DNA of 64,000 nucleotides from Alphaproteobacteria bacterium (GTDB lineage Bacteria; Pseudomonadota; Alphaproteobacteria; Micavibrionales; UBA2020): NCBI GenBank assembly GCA_027483355.1, contig JAIXUW010000292.1, positions 4,628 to 68,627 of the forward strand, read 5' to 3'. Shown piece by piece: positions 60,829 to 64,000 of this stretch (position 1 is its first letter; each line of letters starts with the position of its first letter). The notes under the pieces were generated by a model. It saw only the letters and a program-made list of their open reading frames with translations, ran no database searches and was not told where the DNA came from. The position numbers and the translations under genes were made by a program.

Positions 60829-61585
60829 AAAGCCGCCTTTTACTCTCAAGACTCTAATTCAACTTTGTTGCGGCCAAATCCCTCGTTCAAATGACCCGCT
60901 TGAGTTCTACTCCTTTGTCAACTTTCAACGCATGGCTGTCGCTGCCTCGGGATATCTAGCCGATCGAAGACGAGAAGAGCAAAAGATTGCCAGTGTTCGC
61001 GATTTCTTATCAAAGCATTTAACCGCTGTCATGTTCCAGACTGCGCCTGATCTGCTGCCCGAAGCCGCGTTCAAGGCCAAAGAGACGACTGACGAGTACT
61101 TTATTACTCTGTCCGAGCACGCGACTAAAAAAACAAAGGTGACCGTGTCACTCGAGACTTATTTGAAAGACTTTTTGGAAAACTTTTGCATCAACGGCAT
61201 GGGCATTTTTCCAGTCTCCGTCATCTACGCGCCCGAGATCGAGCCCGATTTTCTGACCGTAGTATGCTTTCTCAAAGTCGAGAGCTCAGTCGCCATTGTA
61301 TTCGGAATGCGCGTGATACAGCAACACGAGGCCGATTCCGAGGCCTTCAAGGAGATCAAGACTGTGTTTAGCAAGACGACGCACATCCCGGCCGATTTCT
61401 GGGTCAATGTGAATATAAATGCGTCGTATAGCAAGTTTAAAAACATTAGAGGATATGTAGAATCGTACAAATTTGCGCCCAAGGATTTATTCCCGGAAAC
61501 GTGCTATATGCAAAACGAGAGCACGTCTGAGCTCGCGTCGGACATGGGAATCACGCTTCAAACACCAGTAATAGATACTCAATAA
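60815..61585 (+). CDS. Hypothetical protein (256 aa) overlapping the primase stop by 14 nt
   Basis: The first ATG is at 60815. I recognised no motif. Confidence 0.45.
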   Translation: MQSIEKPPFTLKTLIQLCCGQIPRSNDPLEFYSFVNFQRMAVAASGYLADRRREEQKIASVRDFLSKHLTAVMFQTAPDLLPEAAFKAKETTDEYFITLSEHATKKTKVTVSLETYLKDFLENFCINGMGIFPVSVIYAPEIEPDFLTVVCFLKVESSVAIVFGMRVIQQHEADSEAFKEIKTVFSKTTHIPADFWVNVNINASYSKFKNIRGYVESYKFAPKDLFPETCYMQNESTSELASDMGITLQTPVIDTQ

Positions 61586-61655
61586 AAGGGTTGGGGGGTT
61601 TAATATAGTTATACACATAGTATGTTTTTTGGGGCAAAGAGACACTGGAAAAACT

Positions 61656-63131
61656 TTACTTGCCATTCTTGCCGGCGACGCTGCCCATGTACACGACGGC
61701 GTACCCGGAGAACATGATCTTTTCAGAATGAATGTCGGATACCATCTTGCTCGTAGTCAACTTGATTCCGGCAAAGGGCGCTCTGGGATTGGCTCTGCAA
61801 TCCTTGATGAACCCGTTAGAGTCCTTGTCGCCGGCCATGGCAAGGTGCGTTGTGAGAGCAATATCACGAACATGGAAGGAGAGGGCTTGTTCCAATGTCA
61901 CGAATTCAGCGAGGCTGGGTAGAGAGTCGGCTGTTCCCATACTCTTTCCGGCTTCAGCGGCAATAACTTCCTTGATGAAATTCCAGGCCTTCTTTGTGAC
62001 AGTGACGAAATTTGCGCTTGCGCTCACGGCAACTGCGCCGGCGTCTTCAATTTGCAGAGACTGGTTCATGAGTTCGATAATGTCAGGCAAGTCGTCCCAC
62101 ACAACCTTCTCCTTGCCGTCCTTGGAGCTTTCTCTCAGCAAGGTAACTGTGGCAGATCCAACTTCGACGTGACTGGCCTTCACGATTGAACCGTCAGGAC
62201 CTGTCTTGTCAGTTCCATAAGTCTGAATAGAAGCATTGAGCTTGGCAAACAACCTGGACAGTGCAACTTCGGAATCCTCACCGCGAGCCTTGTTCATGGC
62301 TTGACCGGCAAGTTGAACGAGCAGCGTGGGTCTAATCCAATACAAGTCTGTGCACTTTTCCTTCTTGTTTCTGTCGGGCAAGACAACAGTACTGGACTTG
62401 AGGTTGTGCTCAGCGTGCGGGCCTGCAACATCTGCGGAGATTGTGACAATGGAGTTCATGGACGGGATAACCTTGTCCACTTCAATGTAGAATGGCTTGA
62501 CCATGGTTGTTTTGGGGTTAAGTGGAAGCGAAACGTCGGCTCCTACGTGATGCTCATCGGAAATTCCTGTCACGAGAACAACAGCGTTGCAGGGCTCGTT
62601 GTCGAGCTTTGTCTTGCCCTGCAAAGTCGCTCTCAGCGAATCTCCAGTAGCGGGCTTGGCATGACAATCGACAAAGCTTCCGATACCGGCATTGTGGAGA
62701 ACATCGACGACACCAGTGAAACGCACAGTCACTGTGCCGTCCAAAGAAGTCATCTTGGCGCGAGTTTGCTTCAAATCATAGTAGGAATCGCGGGCAATTT
62801 CGGAAATGACATCGCGAGCGTTCTCTTCGACGACATCGGGAAGCTCGGCGGGAATAGTGACAGTCTCAGCTTCGGCCTCGGCCGCAGACGCGGCGCTCTT
62901 GGTAATTTCAGCAAAATACTCGTTTCTTTGCTCTTCAACGTGATCGTCGAACAACTCAAGATCTGTACGGTGATCGTCTTGAGCGGAAGCGGCAGCAGCA
63001 GCTGCTGATGCACCAGAGGCGGGCGCAGACTCGTATCGGTTGGACACAGGGGCCGACATTGTACTAGTCGAACCAAACTTGGATTCTATTGGAGCGGTAT
63101 CAACAGAGCGTTTTACTCCTCTTTGAGCCAT
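61656..63131 (-). CDS. Hypothetical protein (491 aa), possibly an abundant structural protein
   Basis: The ATG at 63131 has a TATTTAAAA-like element about 20 nt upstream. The N-terminus is Ala/Ser-rich and looks disordered, and the body looks beta-rich. I recognised no motif. Confidence 0.5.
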   Translation of the reverse strand: MAQRGVKRSVDTAPIESKFGSTSTMSAPVSNRYESAPASGASAAAAAASAQDDHRTDLELFDDHVEEQRNEYFAEITKSAASAAEAEAETVTIPAELPDVVEENARDVISEIARDSYYDLKQTRAKMTSLDGTVTVRFTGVVDVLHNAGIGSFVDCHAKPATGDSLRATLQGKTKLDNEPCNAVVLVTGISDEHHVGADVSLPLNPKTTMVKPFYIEVDKVIPSMNSIVTISADVAGPHAEHNLKSSTVVLPDRNKKEKCTDLYWIRPTLLVQLAGQAMNKARGEDSEVALSRLFAKLNASIQTYGTDKTGPDGSIVKASHVEVGSATVTLLRESSKDGKEKVVWDDLPDIIELMNQSLQIEDAGAVAVSASANFVTVTKKAWNFIKEVIAAEAGKSMGTADSLPSLAEFVTLEQALSFHVRDIALTTHLAMAGDKDSNGFIKDCRANPRAPFAGIKLTTSKMVSDIHSEKIMFSGYAVVYMGSVAGKNGK

Positions 63132-63246
63132 CGACGGTTTTAAATATTTCTGGCCGCAAGAGCTCTTTTTTCCCGCCTATACAGTTCTAATTGTCTCGAC
63201 GGCCGCGGAATCGAGTCTCGTTATAATCTATACACAGATTTACTTT

Positions 63247-64000
63247 TTACATGTTTTTCGTAAGCGCTCCGGCCCGTTTTCGCGCATAGGCGCGAATGAG
63301 TTCGCTATTGGACGCGGGAGATTGTTGTTGCTCTTGTCGTCTAGGAGCTTGTCTTGGTACAACAACGGCTGCCTTTGGCCGAGGCGTTTTCGTGTCATCG
63401 ACACTGTCGTCGTTCTTGTCAGCGTTTTCCTCACTGTCCTCGCTCTCTTCATCGTCGTCGTCGTCATCTTCACTATCATCATTATCATCACCGTCGCCGT
63501 CGTCGCCCTCATTTGCGTCTCGCTCCTCCCTAATGCGGTCCTGTTCGGCTAGTTCTGCCGCCTTGGCGTATATAGTATACTTGATCATGGACGGGCTCAG
63601 TTGAAAGTCAATGACATTCTTGGACACGTAGCCCAGAGACGCGGCCGTGTTTGTCGCTATCAAATTGATGAATCCTATAAAGGTGAGTACTGTGAGTGCC
63701 AAACTCGCCAGTGCACTCACTCCGAATTGCAGAATGGGAAAATAGAGAGCCACAGCGGCCAGTCCTTGGGCCCCGAGTCCCGCGTAGCCTTGTACTAACG
63801 CCGTCAAGGAGCAGGGCAGGAAATTTGCAAACATGGGATCACTTTTAGTCCACATGGGGAACTTGTCCTTGCGCCAGTCAGCCGACGGAACGGGTTTGGT
63901 GATTATACCAAAACTGACAATGTTCAAAATGTTGTATGTCACGTCCGCCGCGACTTTTAGAGCGGAAAACACGTCCGAGCTCAGGCCGTACGCTTCCCAA
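63247..64000 (-). CDS. 5'-truncated membrane protein with an Asp/Glu-rich block near the C-terminus
   Basis: The frame stays open from the listed GTG (63972) to the window edge. It has several hydrophobic segments (LGAQGLAAVALYFPILQFGVSALASLALTVLTFIGFINLIA) followed by NEGDDGDGDDNDDSEDDDDDDEESEDSEE. Confidence 0.5.
   Translation of the reverse strand, partial: WEAYGLSSDVFSALKVAADVTYNILNIVSFGIITKPVPSADWRKDKFPMWTKSDPMFANFLPCSLTALVQGYAGLGAQGLAAVALYFPILQFGVSALASLALTVLTFIGFINLIATNTAASLGYVSKNVIDFQLSPSMIKYTIYAKAAELAEQDRIREERDANEGDDGDGDDNDDSEDDDDDDEESEDSEENADKNDDSVDDTKTPRPKAAVVVPRQAPRRQEQQQSPASNSELIRAYARKRAGALTKNM

Noticed and set aside
62301-63008. A 235-aa plus-strand ORF lies opposite 61656-63131.
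   Set aside because: It is antisense to a longer ORF that has an ATG and an upstream TATA-like element, and nothing independent supports it.

Overview
This is a gene-dense 64-kb stretch with about 55 plausible protein genes on both strands and one tRNA. I found no rRNA, CRISPR array or transposase. It reads as a large dsDNA virus of a eukaryote, either a free genome or an integrated element, rather than cellular DNA. The backbone is a herpesvirus / tailed-phage (HK97-lineage) virion-morphogenesis module. It has three parts: a 1411-aa ORF of major-capsid-protein size (8993-13228, -); an assemblin-like protease fused to a Q/P/A-rich scaffold (54913-57198, -); and a large-terminase gene with clear Walker B, motif III and RNase-H-like nuclease motifs. 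The terminase is split into at least two in-frame exons (52414-53313 and 54049-54819, +), with an antisense gene nested in the 735-nt intron, which is the arrangement characteristic of Herpesvirales. No ORF in this window carries its Walker A exon. Around this module sit replication and recombination genes: a short family-B DNA polymerase with degenerate exonuclease motifs and a degenerate motif C, a PriS/Prim1-like AEP primase, a UL12/YqaJ-like PD-(D/E)XK exonuclease, and a GIY-YIG nuclease with zinc knuckles. The accessory genes resemble those of protist giant viruses more than those of animal herpesviruses. They include a tRNA-Glu with Pol III signals, a 13-repeat MORN-like protein, BspA-type LRR paralogs, F-box-like N-termini, RING-type proteins, an AlkB-like dioxygenase, a PAQR/CREST-type 7-TM hydrolase, many small secreted or membrane proteins, and several local paralog families. 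Eukaryotic expression signals point to nuclear expression: AATAAA shortly after stop codons, A at -3 and G at +4 around start codons, and candidate spliceosomal introns. The best reading is a mirusvirus-like or deeply divergent herpes-like lineage, probably from a marine protist. All functional calls come from reading motifs by eye in the supplied translations; no database search or structure prediction was possible.
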